Assembly (NCBI GenBank): GCA_963842295.1
Contig: CAWJFY010000007.1
Location: forward strand, 180,136-244,135
Source: an uncultured Actinomycetota bacterium
GTDB taxonomy: Bacteria > Actinomycetota > UBA4738 > HRBIN12
DNA: 64,000 bases
Direction of reading: 5' to 3'
A model generated the notes under the pieces. It was not told the origin of the DNA. It saw only the letters and a program-made list of their open reading frames with translations, and did not search any database. The stretch's first letter is position 1; every line of letters starts with the position of its first letter. The translations under genes and the position numbers were made by a program. Below are positions 19,480 through 29,025 of this stretch, piece by piece.

Positions 19480-19806
19480 TTACCCGGCGGCGCCCGCGAT
19501 CTCCCAGGTCACGTTCCCGTCGTCATCGAGCTGGGTGACGTCGATCCGCAGCCCATCGGTTTCGCCGGGGGCGCGCGCGGTGCACTCGAACGTCCCTCCT
19601 CGGCGGACCTCGACGTCCTCCGGGCACTCGGCCACGATGCTGGCCACCCCGAGCGAGTCCGTGAGCTGGCGCCCCAGCCGTCGTTCGAGCTGATCGGAGT
19701 TGAGGGTCCGAGAGGCGCAACTTGCCGCCGCCACCGACAGGATCAGGAGGAGGGCGAGCGTCGGGCGTGGGGGGGTTCCCGATGACACCGGTCGGGAGCG
19801 TAGCAT
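19480..19806 (-). CDS. Small secreted/lipoprotein (DUF4333-like)
   Basis: Signal with lipobox-like LSVAAASCAS, and two Cys in the mature part (CPEDVE...TFEC). Confidence 0.4.
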   Translation of the reverse strand: MLRSRPVSSGTPPRPTLALLLILSVAAASCASRTLNSDQLERRLGRQLTDSLGVASIVAECPEDVEVRRGGTFECTARAPGETDGLRIDVTQLDDDGNVTWEIAGAAG

Positions 19807-19814
19807 CGGGCGCC

Positions 19815-20528
19815 ATGGACCTCGGACTCACGGGCAAGGTGGCGCTCGTCACGGCGTCGTCGAAGGGGCTCGGCCGCGCGTCGGCACAGGCGTTGGTGGA
19901 CGAGGGGTTGTCGGTCGCGATCAACGCCCGGGAGCCAGACAGGCTGCGGGCCACCGCCGCGGAGCTCGGCGACGACGTGCTCGCGCTCCCGGCGGATGTC
20001 ACCGAGGCGGACACGCCCCGCCGGCTCGTCGAAGCGACCGTGGAACGGTTCGGCGCGCTTCACGTCCTGGTCGCGAACGCGGGCGGACCTCCCAAGGGAC
20101 GAGCCATCGACGTGGACGACACCACGCTCGAAGCAGCGATCAACGCGAACCTGCTGACGTCCGTCCGACTCGTCCGCGCGGCCCTGCCGCACATGAGGGC
20201 GGCAGGCTGGGGCCGTATCTGCCTCATCACGTCGAGCTCGGTGAAACAGCCGATCCCCGACCTCGCCACGTCGAACACGGCGCGAGCCGGCCTCTGGGGA
20301 TGGGCGAAGACCGCAGCGCAGGATCTGATCGATGAGGGCATCACGCTGAACCTGGCCTGCCCGGGACTGCACGCGACGGATCGAGTGAAGGATCTCGGTT
20401 TCGCCGGCCGGCTCGGCGACCCGGCCGACTTCGGTCGCGTGGTCGCATTCCTCTGCTCGCAGCACGCCGGCTTCATCTCAGGTGCGGCGTTGCAGGTGGA
20501 CGGCGCGAGTACGCTTGGCCTCCTGTGA
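19815..20528 (+). CDS. Short-chain dehydrogenase/reductase (SDR)
   Basis: TGKVALVTASSKGLG (TGxxxGxG), NAG, and S/Y...K catalytic spacing. Confidence 0.7.
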   Translation: MDLGLTGKVALVTASSKGLGRASAQALVDEGLSVAINAREPDRLRATAAELGDDVLALPADVTEADTPRRLVEATVERFGALHVLVANAGGPPKGRAIDVDDTTLEAAINANLLTSVRLVRAALPHMRAAGWGRICLITSSSVKQPIPDLATSNTARAGLWGWAKTAAQDLIDEGITLNLACPGLHATDRVKDLGFAGRLGDPADFGRVVAFLCSQHAGFISGAALQVDGASTLGLL

Positions 20529-20553
20529 ACTCCGACCGAGAGGGTTGAACGAC

Positions 20554-22200
20554 GTGAACGATGCCGACCGTGCCCAAGCACTCGCCGACCGATTCTGGGA
20601 AGAGCTCCTCGAGCGGGAACCGACCTTCGCCACGGCGATCGGCGACGACCGCTACGACGACCGTCTTCCCGACATCGGTGAGGAAGGGCGCGCCCTGTCG
20701 GAGACCCGCAACCGCGCCGCTCTCGACGAGCTCGCGACGATCGATCGTGAGGGACTCGATGTCACGCTCCGAACGACGTTGGACGTGCTCGAGGCGATCG
20801 CGACCCAAACCCTCGCCGCTCTCGAACATCGGACGGACCGGCTCTACGTGGCCAACCATTTCGTCGGGCCGGGCGTGGCGCTCGGAGACATCGCATCGAT
20901 CCAGCGGACCGACACGCCCGAGCACCTGGAGCGCTACGAGCAGCGTCTCCGTGCGTTCCCGGTCTACCTGGAGGCATGCGCCGAGATCGCCCGAGAGGGG
21001 ATCGCGACCGGCGTCGTGTCCCCCCGGACCGTCGTCGAGCGCGCCGTCGCGCAGGTGGAGCGCATCGTGGCGATGCCGGCAGAGGAGGCGCCACCCTTGG
21101 CCGCGGCGGCCGAAGACGACGCGACGGCGCGCGACCGGATCGTCGCCGCATGGAACGAGGCCGTGGCGCCTGCGTTCACGCGATTCCTCGACCTGCTGCG
21201 CGAATACCTCCCCCACGCCACGGAGAGCAACGCCGTCACCGACCTCCCCGGCGGCGATGCGATCTACGCGACGGAGATCCGGTCCTGGACCACGCTCCCC
21301 CTCGATCCACGAGAGGTGCACGAGTTGGGCAACGAGCGGTGGGACGCGATCCAGGCGGAACGGTTCGAGGTCGCCGCGAGGCTCGGCTACGGGGACCCTG
21401 CGGAAGCGACGGCGGCTCGGAAGGCGTCGGGGGAAGACACCCCCGCCTCAGCGGAGGCGCTGGTCGAGCTCGTCGAGGACCAGGTGCAGCGGAGCTGGGA
21501 CATCGCTCCCCGATGGTTCGGCCGGCTCCCCAAAGCCAACTGCCGCGTCCGCGAGATCGAGGCGTACAGGGCGGCGGACATGGCCGGCGCCTTCTACATG
21601 CCGCCAACGGCGGACGGCGAACGCCCCGGGACCTACTACATCAACACCCACGACCTGCCGGGGAAGGCGCTTCACCAGATCGCGGCCGTCACCTACCACG
21701 AGGCCAACCCCGGACATCATTTCCAGATCGCCCTCGAGATGGAGTTCGACGAGCGCCCCTCGCTCCGTCGGTTCGGCGGACTCCTGGCCGGCTCGTCGTT
21801 CGCCGAGGGATGGGGTCTCTACAGCGAACGGCTCGCGGACGAGATGGGCCTGTACCTCGACGATTGGGAGCGGCTCGGGATGCTCGCGGGCCAGGCGCAT
21901 CGCGCCGCGCGGCTCGTGACCGACACCGGCCTCCACGCCTTCGGATGGTCGCGGGACGACGCGATCGCGAAGCTCGAGGCCGGCGGGTCGCCCCACGGCG
22001 AGTCGGTGACCGAGGTCGACCGGTACATCGCGCTGCCCGCCCAGGCGCTCGCGTACATGGTCGGCATGGTCGAGATCGAGGACGCACGGCGTCGGACCGA
22101 GGAGAAAGAGGGAGCCGACTTCGACCTGAAGGGCTTCCACGACCGGCTCCTCGCGCTCGGACAGCTCCCGCTCCCCGCCCTGCGGCGCGAGCTCGGATGA
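20554..22200 (+). CDS. DUF885-family protein (HExxH-like zinc-binding motif)
   Basis: Long helical protein with YHEANPGHHFQ. The GTG start at 20554 is uncertain. Confidence 0.55.
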   Translation: MNDADRAQALADRFWEELLEREPTFATAIGDDRYDDRLPDIGEEGRALSETRNRAALDELATIDREGLDVTLRTTLDVLEAIATQTLAALEHRTDRLYVANHFVGPGVALGDIASIQRTDTPEHLERYEQRLRAFPVYLEACAEIAREGIATGVVSPRTVVERAVAQVERIVAMPAEEAPPLAAAAEDDATARDRIVAAWNEAVAPAFTRFLDLLREYLPHATESNAVTDLPGGDAIYATEIRSWTTLPLDPREVHELGNERWDAIQAERFEVAARLGYGDPAEATAARKASGEDTPASAEALVELVEDQVQRSWDIAPRWFGRLPKANCRVREIEAYRAADMAGAFYMPPTADGERPGTYYINTHDLPGKALHQIAAVTYHEANPGHHFQIALEMEFDERPSLRRFGGLLAGSSFAEGWGLYSERLADEMGLYLDDWERLGMLAGQAHRAARLVTDTGLHAFGWSRDDAIAKLEAGGSPHGESVTEVDRYIALPAQALAYMVGMVEIEDARRRTEEKEGADFDLKGFHDRLLALGQLPLPALRRELG

Positions 22201-22201
22201 C

Positions 22202-23074
22202 TCAAGCCGGCTTGCGGGCCCGAAGCAGGAGGTAGTCGAGCAACCCTCGCTCCCACAGGACGTCGGCCTGGCCGAGCATCACGCGGGCGGCGAGCGCGAG
22301 GGACCTTCCCTCGCCCTCGCCTCGCCCGTCGAGGCGGTCGCGGACGAAGCGCAGGGCGGGCGCGATCACTCGGGCGCCGATGAGGTCGGACCGCACGTCC
22401 TCGAAGCCGGCGGCCGTGGCCGTGGCGGCGATCCGGCCGGGCGAGGCGGCGGCGGCCGAGCGAAGGCCCCAGACGCGCAGCATCGCCACGGCTGCGGCCG
22501 CCTCCCGGAGGCCCTCCGGGCGACGGAGCGTCGGAACGTCGGACATCGTGAGGACGCCACCGGGACGCAGGACGCGGAACGCCTCGCGGAGGAACCGATC
22601 GCGCGAGGAGAAATGGAAGGCGGCCTCCACGCTGATCACCCCGTCGAAGGAGCGGTCGGCGAACGGGAGCCTGCACGCGTCCGCGCACACGGCGCGGGCG
22701 CCTGCGTCCCGCAGGCGCCCGCGCCCCGCTTCCAGCTGGGACCACGTGATGTTCACCGCCGTCAGCGACCGCGGACGTGCGACCTCCGCGATCACCGGAT
22801 CCTGGGCGGCGAGGCCGTTCCCGACGTCGAGGGCATCGCCGCCGACCGGAAGGTCGGCCGCGAGCTCCTCGATCAACCTGCGAACCGCGACCGGCGCCTC
22901 AGTCGGATCGCTGCCATCCCCTTCCCAGAGCCCGAGGTTCAGCCAGCCGGGCGCCAGCGCGAGGAAGAAGTCGGGGCCGATCGAGTCGTACACGGTGGCG
23001 GCCGGGTTCCCGCCGTAGCGCAGCATCGCGATCGCGTGCCGGAGGTTCTCTCGGCTCCAGTCGACCGACATCAC
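22202..23074 (-). CDS. Class I SAM-dependent methyltransferase
   Basis: ALDVGNGLA (motif I-like), CRLPFADRSFDGVIS and LRPGGVL motifs. Confidence 0.65.
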   Translation of the reverse strand: MMSVDWSRENLRHAIAMLRYGGNPAATVYDSIGPDFFLALAPGWLNLGLWEGDGSDPTEAPVAVRRLIEELAADLPVGGDALDVGNGLAAQDPVIAEVARPRSLTAVNITWSQLEAGRGRLRDAGARAVCADACRLPFADRSFDGVISVEAAFHFSSRDRFLREAFRVLRPGGVLTMSDVPTLRRPEGLREAAAAVAMLRVWGLRSAAAASPGRIAATATAAGFEDVRSDLIGARVIAPALRFVRDRLDGRGEGEGRSLALAARVMLGQADVLWERGLLDYLLLRARKPA

Positions 23075-23558
23075 CCACGCCGACCCAGGCTCGCGTCGTC
23101 CAGCCTCACGTGGCTCGGGTTCGGCGGCGAGGTGCTGTCGCCATGTGTGCGGAGCAGGTCATCTGCATGCGCATCCTACGTGCGCATCGGAGGACTCCAA
23201 GCCGCGATCCGAGGATGTGAGACCGGCCGTTCGCCTTAGGCCAAACGCCTGTATCGCGCGGTGCTTCGGCGGCGTAGCCTTCGCCTGAGACTCCCCCAGA
23301 TGGGCTACGCAGGGAGAGGGATAGGGAAAGAGAGCCCCCGAAGAGCGACCTTGCGTCTGTCGACGATCGAGGATCCCAGAGAGCAGCACGCATGACCCCA
23401 GCCGGACCTCACGACCGCAGCGTGACGGTCCCTGGGAAGTGGCTCCCCCGGCCAGAAGGGCCGGGGGGGCCACTCCATCTTCGGCCGGTCGCTCGAGCGG
23501 AGTACCACGATCGGCGCTCGATCCGAACGCGCCGCGCGGAGGGACATGGAGCCCGATC

Positions 23559-24566
23559 TCACTCGGGGACCGCGACCTTGAGGAGCTCGGCCGCGTCGAG
23601 GAGTGGAAACCAGAACGCCCCATCAGCCTGGACGAAGAGCTGGTTGGCGTTGATGGCTCCTTGGTCGGAGACGGCCCACGTGCCGGTCACCTCACCGGAG
23701 GCAGGATCCACCCGTTGGAGGATCGGGCCCATGTCGGTCGCGATCCATAGCGATCCATCGTGGAAGAGGAGTCCGTCGGGGAGCGGTTCCGTCGAAATCG
23801 GCGGACCGGGCTCGTTCGTCTCGGGGTCGATCCGTTGGACCGAGTCGCTGTCCACCGACGAGACCCATAGCCCTCCATCCGCCTCGGCCATCACCTGCGG
23901 TCCGAACTCGGTCGGGACCTCCGCCTGGACCTTGCCGGTCGGATCGATCCGGGTGATCGTCGAGTCGAGGTAGTTGGAGACCCACACGCTCCCGAAGGCA
24001 ACGGTCACGAACCGCGGCTCGAGCCCGACCTCGATCGGCGGTCCCGCCCGGTTCGTCCCCGGGTCGATGACCACCACCGCACCGCTCTCTTCGCACACCA
24101 CCCATAGCCCGCGGTCGTCCGCGGCCATACCCTCAGGCGCCTTGCACACGTCGATGGTGGCGGCGACCTCGTTCCCCGAAGGATCGATCCGCGACACGGT
24201 GTCGTCCCCCGAGTTCGAGACCCACACGGAGCCGAATCCCGTCGTGGCTTCGAGAGGCACCGCACCGACCGGGATCGTCGCGACAACGGAGTCAGTCGCC
24301 GGGTCGATCCTCGACACGCTGGGCGTGCCGCCGCTCTCGAACTCGGAGTTCACGATCCATACGCTGCCGAAACCCTCGGCGATGCCGATCGGCTCGCCAC
24401 CTACCGGCACACGCGCAAGCTCTTCGAGCGCCAACGGATCGCTCGATGTGACGGACGGCGAAGGGGACGACGCCGCGATCTCTTCCGCCGCGCCGCACCC
24501 GGAGGCCACCCAGGAGACCGTCACGACGACAGCGAGTAGCCGTGCGCCAGCGATCCCCATGACCAC
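23559..24566 (-). CDS. Secreted lipoprotein with about 7 beta-propeller-type repeats (YVTN/NHL-like)
   Basis: Lipobox VSWVASGCG, and recurrent 'SVW(V)SN...T(V)SRIDP' units about 40 aa apart. Confidence 0.55.
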   Translation of the reverse strand: MVMGIAGARLLAVVVTVSWVASGCGAAEEIAASSPSPSVTSSDPLALEELARVPVGGEPIGIAEGFGSVWIVNSEFESGGTPSVSRIDPATDSVVATIPVGAVPLEATTGFGSVWVSNSGDDTVSRIDPSGNEVAATIDVCKAPEGMAADDRGLWVVCEESGAVVVIDPGTNRAGPPIEVGLEPRFVTVAFGSVWVSNYLDSTITRIDPTGKVQAEVPTEFGPQVMAEADGGLWVSSVDSDSVQRIDPETNEPGPPISTEPLPDGLLFHDGSLWIATDMGPILQRVDPASGEVTGTWAVSDQGAINANQLFVQADGAFWFPLLDAAELLKVAVPE

Positions 24567-24646
24567 GCGACGCTACGCGAGCCGCCCCGACGGGACCAGC
24601 GTGTCGCAAGACACCGCAAGGTCGCTGGGCAATATCTCGAAAGAGA

Positions 24647-26974
24647 TCAGGCGGTGACGAGCGCTCGCTCGAGCGCGATCTCCAATACCTCGGAGACCGC
24701 CTCGGCCCGGTGGAACGTCATCTCCTCCCGCACCTGCTCGGGCACGTCGTCCAGATCGCCTTCGTTCCGCGCCGGCAGGATGACCTCCTTCAGGCCCGCC
24801 CGGTGGGCAGCCAGGACCTTCTGCTTCACCCCTCCGATCGGGAGGACCCGTCCTTGAAGCGTCACCTCGCCCGTCATCGCCACCTCGGATCGGACGGGAC
24901 GCCCGGTGAGGAGCGACGCCAGAGCGGTGGTCATCGCGATGCCCGCGCTGGGGCCGTCCTTGGGCACGGCACCGGCGGGCACGTGAACATGGAACCGGCC
25001 TCGGAGTCGCTCCGCGGGGATGTCGAGCTCCGCCGAGTGAGAGCGGACGTACGAGAGCGCGATCCGGGCCGACTCCTTCATCACGTCGCCGAGCTGTCCG
25101 GTGAGCGTGAGGCCGTCTTCGGCCACGTCCTCGCGTGTGGCTTCGATGAAGAGCACGTCGCCGCCCGTGCCGGTGACCGCCAGGCCCGTCGCCACGCCGG
25201 GCACCGCCGTGCGATCCGCCGCCTCGAAGAAGAACTTCTGACGCCCGAGGTAGGCGCGGAGATCGGACGAGTCGACGCGCACGGGCGGGGCGACTTCACC
25301 GGCGGTGAGCTTCGTGGTCACCTTGCGGAGGATCTTCCCGAGCTCACGCTCGAGGTTCCGGACGCCGGCCTCGCGCGTGTAGTCGCCGACGACGCCTCGG
25401 AGGGCGTCGTCGGCGACGTCGACCTCCTCTGGACGCAGGCCGTTCCGCTCGACCTGGCGCGGCAGCAGGTGCCGCCTGGCGATCGCGACCTTCTCATCCT
25501 CCGTGTACCCGTCGATGCGGATCACTTCCATCCGGTCGAGCAAGGGCCCCGCGATCGTCTCCGCGACGTTCGCGGTCGCGATGAACAACACCTCGGACAG
25601 ATCCAGGTCCACGTCGAGGTAGTGGTCGCGGAACGTGTGGTTCTGTGCGGGGTCGAGGACCTCGAGCAGTGCGCTCGAGGGGTCCCCTCGCCAGTCGGCA
25701 CCGACCTTGTCGACCTCGTCCAGCATCATCACCGGGTTCTTCGTGCCCGCGTCCTTCAACGCACGCACGATCCGGCCCGGCAAGGCACCGACGTAGGTCC
25801 GACGGTGACCCCGGATCTCGGACTCGTCATGGACGCCGCCGAGCGAGACCCGCACGAACTTCCTCCCGAGCGCGCGTGCGACGGACTCCCCCAGCGATGT
25901 CTTTCCGACACCGGGAGGTCCCACCAGCGTGAGGATCGCGCCGGAGCCGCGGCCGCCCGTCTCCACCAGACCGCGCTCGGCCCGGAGCTTCCGGACGGCG
26001 AGGTACTCGAGGATCCGATCCTTGACGTCGCCCAAGCCCTCATGGTCCGCATCGAGCACGGCTCGAGCTTCCGAGATGTCGAGGTTGTCTTCCGTCTTGG
26101 CGGACCACGGAACGTCCAGGAGCCAGTCGAGGTAGGTGCGGATCCATCCGTATTCGGGCGATTGCTCCGACGTGCGCTCGAGCCGGCCGAGCTCCCGCTC
26201 GGCCTGCGTGCGCACGTCGTCTGGCATCCCCGCGTCCGTGATCCTGGTCCGATACTCCTCGACGACATCCTCTGTCCCGTCCTCGCCGAGCTCCTTCCGG
26301 ATCGCGGCCATCTGCTCTCGCAGCAGCATCTCCCGCTGGCGCTCCTCGAGGCTGCCCGCGACCTCGTCGCGGATCCGTTCCTTGACCTGGACCTCCGCGA
26401 GGGTCTCCTTCGCCCACTTGAGGACCTTCTCGAGCCGAGCCTCGACGTCGAGGGTCTCGAGGACCTCCACCTTCTGCTCGAAGGAAAGGTCGGGCGAGTA
26501 CCCAGAGGTATCCGCCAGCTGCCCCGGATCGGTCACGCCGCGTAGGAACTCGGCGACCGCGGGGATCCCGCGAGCGTCGGTGATGGCCTCGACCGCCCCG
26601 CGGTACTCCTTGCCGAGCTCCCGGGCTCGATCGCTCACGGGCTCTTCGGCCGGCTCGATCTGGACCCACGTCGCCTCTCCGGTGCCGGGGACCCCGAGGC
26701 CGACGGTCGCCCGCCGGAGCCCGCGGATGACGACGGCTTCCACGCCGTTCCGCATCCGCCCGACGTCCTCGATCTTGGCCACGACCCCGACGCGTGCGTA
26801 CCGGCCCTCTACCCGGGGGACGGTCAGCAGTTCCGCATCATCGCCCTCGGCCGTGGCGCCGATCGCCGCCCGAGCCTCATCTGACTCGATGGTGAGCGTC
26901 ACCACCATGCCGGGCAACACGACTCCCGTCGTCAGTGGCAACAGAGGTAGGGCTTGGGTGTCGAGCTCGTTCAT
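24647..26974 (-). CDS. lon: ATP-dependent Lon protease
   Basis: Lon N-domain, Walker A GPPGVGKTSLG, and the protease serine in PKDGPSAGIAMTTAL. Confidence 0.9.
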   Translation of the reverse strand: MNELDTQALPLLPLTTGVVLPGMVVTLTIESDEARAAIGATAEGDDAELLTVPRVEGRYARVGVVAKIEDVGRMRNGVEAVVIRGLRRATVGLGVPGTGEATWVQIEPAEEPVSDRARELGKEYRGAVEAITDARGIPAVAEFLRGVTDPGQLADTSGYSPDLSFEQKVEVLETLDVEARLEKVLKWAKETLAEVQVKERIRDEVAGSLEERQREMLLREQMAAIRKELGEDGTEDVVEEYRTRITDAGMPDDVRTQAERELGRLERTSEQSPEYGWIRTYLDWLLDVPWSAKTEDNLDISEARAVLDADHEGLGDVKDRILEYLAVRKLRAERGLVETGGRGSGAILTLVGPPGVGKTSLGESVARALGRKFVRVSLGGVHDESEIRGHRRTYVGALPGRIVRALKDAGTKNPVMMLDEVDKVGADWRGDPSSALLEVLDPAQNHTFRDHYLDVDLDLSEVLFIATANVAETIAGPLLDRMEVIRIDGYTEDEKVAIARRHLLPRQVERNGLRPEEVDVADDALRGVVGDYTREAGVRNLERELGKILRKVTTKLTAGEVAPPVRVDSSDLRAYLGRQKFFFEAADRTAVPGVATGLAVTGTGGDVLFIEATREDVAEDGLTLTGQLGDVMKESARIALSYVRSHSAELDIPAERLRGRFHVHVPAGAVPKDGPSAGIAMTTALASLLTGRPVRSEVAMTGEVTLQGRVLPIGGVKQKVLAAHRAGLKEVILPARNEGDLDDVPEQVREEMTFHRAEAVSEVLEIALERALVTA

Positions 26975-27132
26975 CTCTCAGTCCTTTCCACGCCCAGCAA
27001 AGAACGGGTTTTCCAACGCGGATATTCCAGCTCGTAATGAAGATTACGCCCTACCCACTTCTTGCCTTCCCTTCCGTCCACTCCCACCTGCTCGGATGGC
27101 GATGTCCCGGTCCGCCGGTAGTCTCTGCCGCC

Positions 27133-28146
27133 ATGGAAGAAGCGATCATCCGCACCGAGGGCCTCAAGAAATCCTTCGGCGAGGTGCAGGCCATCAAGGG
27201 CGTAGATCTCGCGGTCGAGCAGGGAACGGTGTTCGGCCTGCTCGGGCCCAACGGGGCGGGGAAGACCACCACCATCCGGGTCCTCACCACCCTGCTCGAA
27301 CCCGACGAGGGCACTGCAGTGGTCGCGGGATTCGACGTGGTCCGCGACGCGGTGCTCTTGCGGCCCGTGGTCGGCCTCGCCGGCCAGTTCGCCGCCGTGG
27401 ACGAGAACCTCACGGGCCTCGAGAACCTCGAGATGGTGGGTCGCCTCTACCACCTCCCCCGATCCGAAGCTCGCCGCCGGGCCGAAGAGGTGCTCGAGCG
27501 CTTCGAGCTCAGCGAGGCCGCCCATCGAACCGCGAAGACGTACTCGGGCGGCATGCGTCGTCGTCTCGACGTCGGCGCGAGCCTCGTCGGGCGCCCGAAG
27601 GTGCTGTTCATGGACGAGCCCACGACGGGACTGGACCCTCGGAGCCGACTCGTCCTCTGGGAGCTGATCCGAGACCTCCAGAAGGAGGGAACGACGCTGC
27701 TGCTCTGCACCCAGTACCTGGAGGAGGCCGATCACCTCTGCGATCGGATCGCCGTGATCGACCTCGGGATGGTGATCGCCGAGGGAACCTCGGAGGAGCT
27801 CAAGAACAAGATCGGCGGCGAAGTGCTCGAGCTGCATGTCGCTCAGGAACACCTTCCCCGCGCAGCCGAGACCCTCAACGGACTCGGCGCCGGCGAACCC
27901 AATGTGGTCGAGGAGATCCGGCTGATCAGGATCCCTGTGGGCGCCGAGGGCCCGACCGTGCTGCTCGAAACGGTGCGGCGACTCGACGACGCGAACATCT
28001 CGATCGAAGACATCGCCCTGCACCGCCCCACCCTCGACGATGTGTTCCTCTCGCTCACCGGCCACACAGCCGAGATCGCCCTCGAGGAGGACGAGGAGCC
28101 GCCGCCGGAACCCGAGAAGAAGCGCCGAGGGAGGAAAGACCGATGA
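27133..28146 (+). CDS. ABC transporter ATP-binding protein (DrrA-like, ABC-2 subfamily)
   Basis: Walker A GPNGAGKTT, signature YSGGMRRRL and Walker B LFMDEPTTGLD. Confidence 0.8.
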   Translation: MEEAIIRTEGLKKSFGEVQAIKGVDLAVEQGTVFGLLGPNGAGKTTTIRVLTTLLEPDEGTAVVAGFDVVRDAVLLRPVVGLAGQFAAVDENLTGLENLEMVGRLYHLPRSEARRRAEEVLERFELSEAAHRTAKTYSGGMRRRLDVGASLVGRPKVLFMDEPTTGLDPRSRLVLWELIRDLQKEGTTLLLCTQYLEEADHLCDRIAVIDLGMVIAEGTSEELKNKIGGEVLELHVAQEHLPRAAETLNGLGAGEPNVVEEIRLIRIPVGAEGPTVLLETVRRLDDANISIEDIALHRPTLDDVFLSLTGHTAEIALEEDEEPPPEPEKKRRGRKDR

Positions 28147-28967
28147 GCGCCGTTGCCCTGACCCACCCTTCGATCGCGACTCGCGCGATGCTGTCCTTCT
28201 TCGACAGCCTCGTCGTCGCCAGGCGGAACCTGACGCAGATCGTCCGGATCCCGGCGGTCCTCGTGTTCGAGCTGGTTCAGCCGGTGATGTTCGTCCTGCT
28301 GTTCGTCTATGTGTTCGGTGGCAACATCATCGTTCCCGCGGGGTTCTCGTCGTACACGATGTACCTGATGCCCGGGATCATCATCCAGAACGCGATCTTC
28401 GGATCGACCACGACGGCGATCGGGATCGCCGAGGATCTGAAGTCCGGCCTGGTGGATCGGTTCCGTTCGCTCCCGATGGCACGCTCGGCGATGCTCGCCG
28501 GGCGGGCGACCTCCGACCTGGTCAAGAACTTCCTCCTGCTGTTGGTCGTGATCGGGATCGGCTACCTCGTTGGCTTCTCGTTCGAAGAAGGGTTGATCAA
28601 CGCGCTCGCGATGATCGTGCTCGTGATGGCCGTCAGCTTCGCGTTCTCCTGGGTGATGGCCGCGATCGCCTTGTGGGTCAAGAAGTTGGAGGCGGTCCAG
28701 GCGGCCGCATTCACCGGGATCTTCCCCATCGTGTTCATGAGCTCGGCGCTCGTGCCCGTGCAAGGAATGGACGCGTGGGTCCAGGCGATCGCTCGCAACA
28801 ACCCGATCACGCACTGGGCCAACCTGGCACGGGTCTTCACGGTCGGCCAGTACCCGACGAGCGGCGGCTCCACCGAGGAGCTCATCCTGATCTCCCTCGC
28901 GTGGATCATCGGTCTCCTGGCCGTCTTCATGCCTCTCTCGATCCGGCTCTACTCGAAGCTCACGTAG
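28143..28967 (+). CDS. ABC-2-type transporter permease (DrrB-like)
   Basis: Six predicted TM segments. ATGA overlap with the ATPase stop. Confidence 0.75.
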   Translation: MSAVALTHPSIATRAMLSFFDSLVVARRNLTQIVRIPAVLVFELVQPVMFVLLFVYVFGGNIIVPAGFSSYTMYLMPGIIIQNAIFGSTTTAIGIAEDLKSGLVDRFRSLPMARSAMLAGRATSDLVKNFLLLLVVIGIGYLVGFSFEEGLINALAMIVLVMAVSFAFSWVMAAIALWVKKLEAVQAAAFTGIFPIVFMSSALVPVQGMDAWVQAIARNNPITHWANLARVFTVGQYPTSGGSTEELILISLAWIIGLLAVFMPLSIRLYSKLT

Positions 28968-29025
28968 GGAACAGACCCGGCCCACCAGGGCGTTGGAATT
29001 TGGGTTGACCAGAGAGGACCGAGGG

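Noticed and set aside
19156-19785. 209-aa plus-strand ORF
   Set aside because: It is antisense to fabI and has the Arg/Glu-rich composition of a GC-frame artefact.
26136-28967. 943-aa plus-strand ORF
   Set aside because: It is a composite. The first ~1 kb is antisense to lon, and it then runs in an alternative frame through the ABC ATPase. The real products are the ATPase (27133-28146) and the ABC-2 permease (28143-28967, same frame as this ORF).
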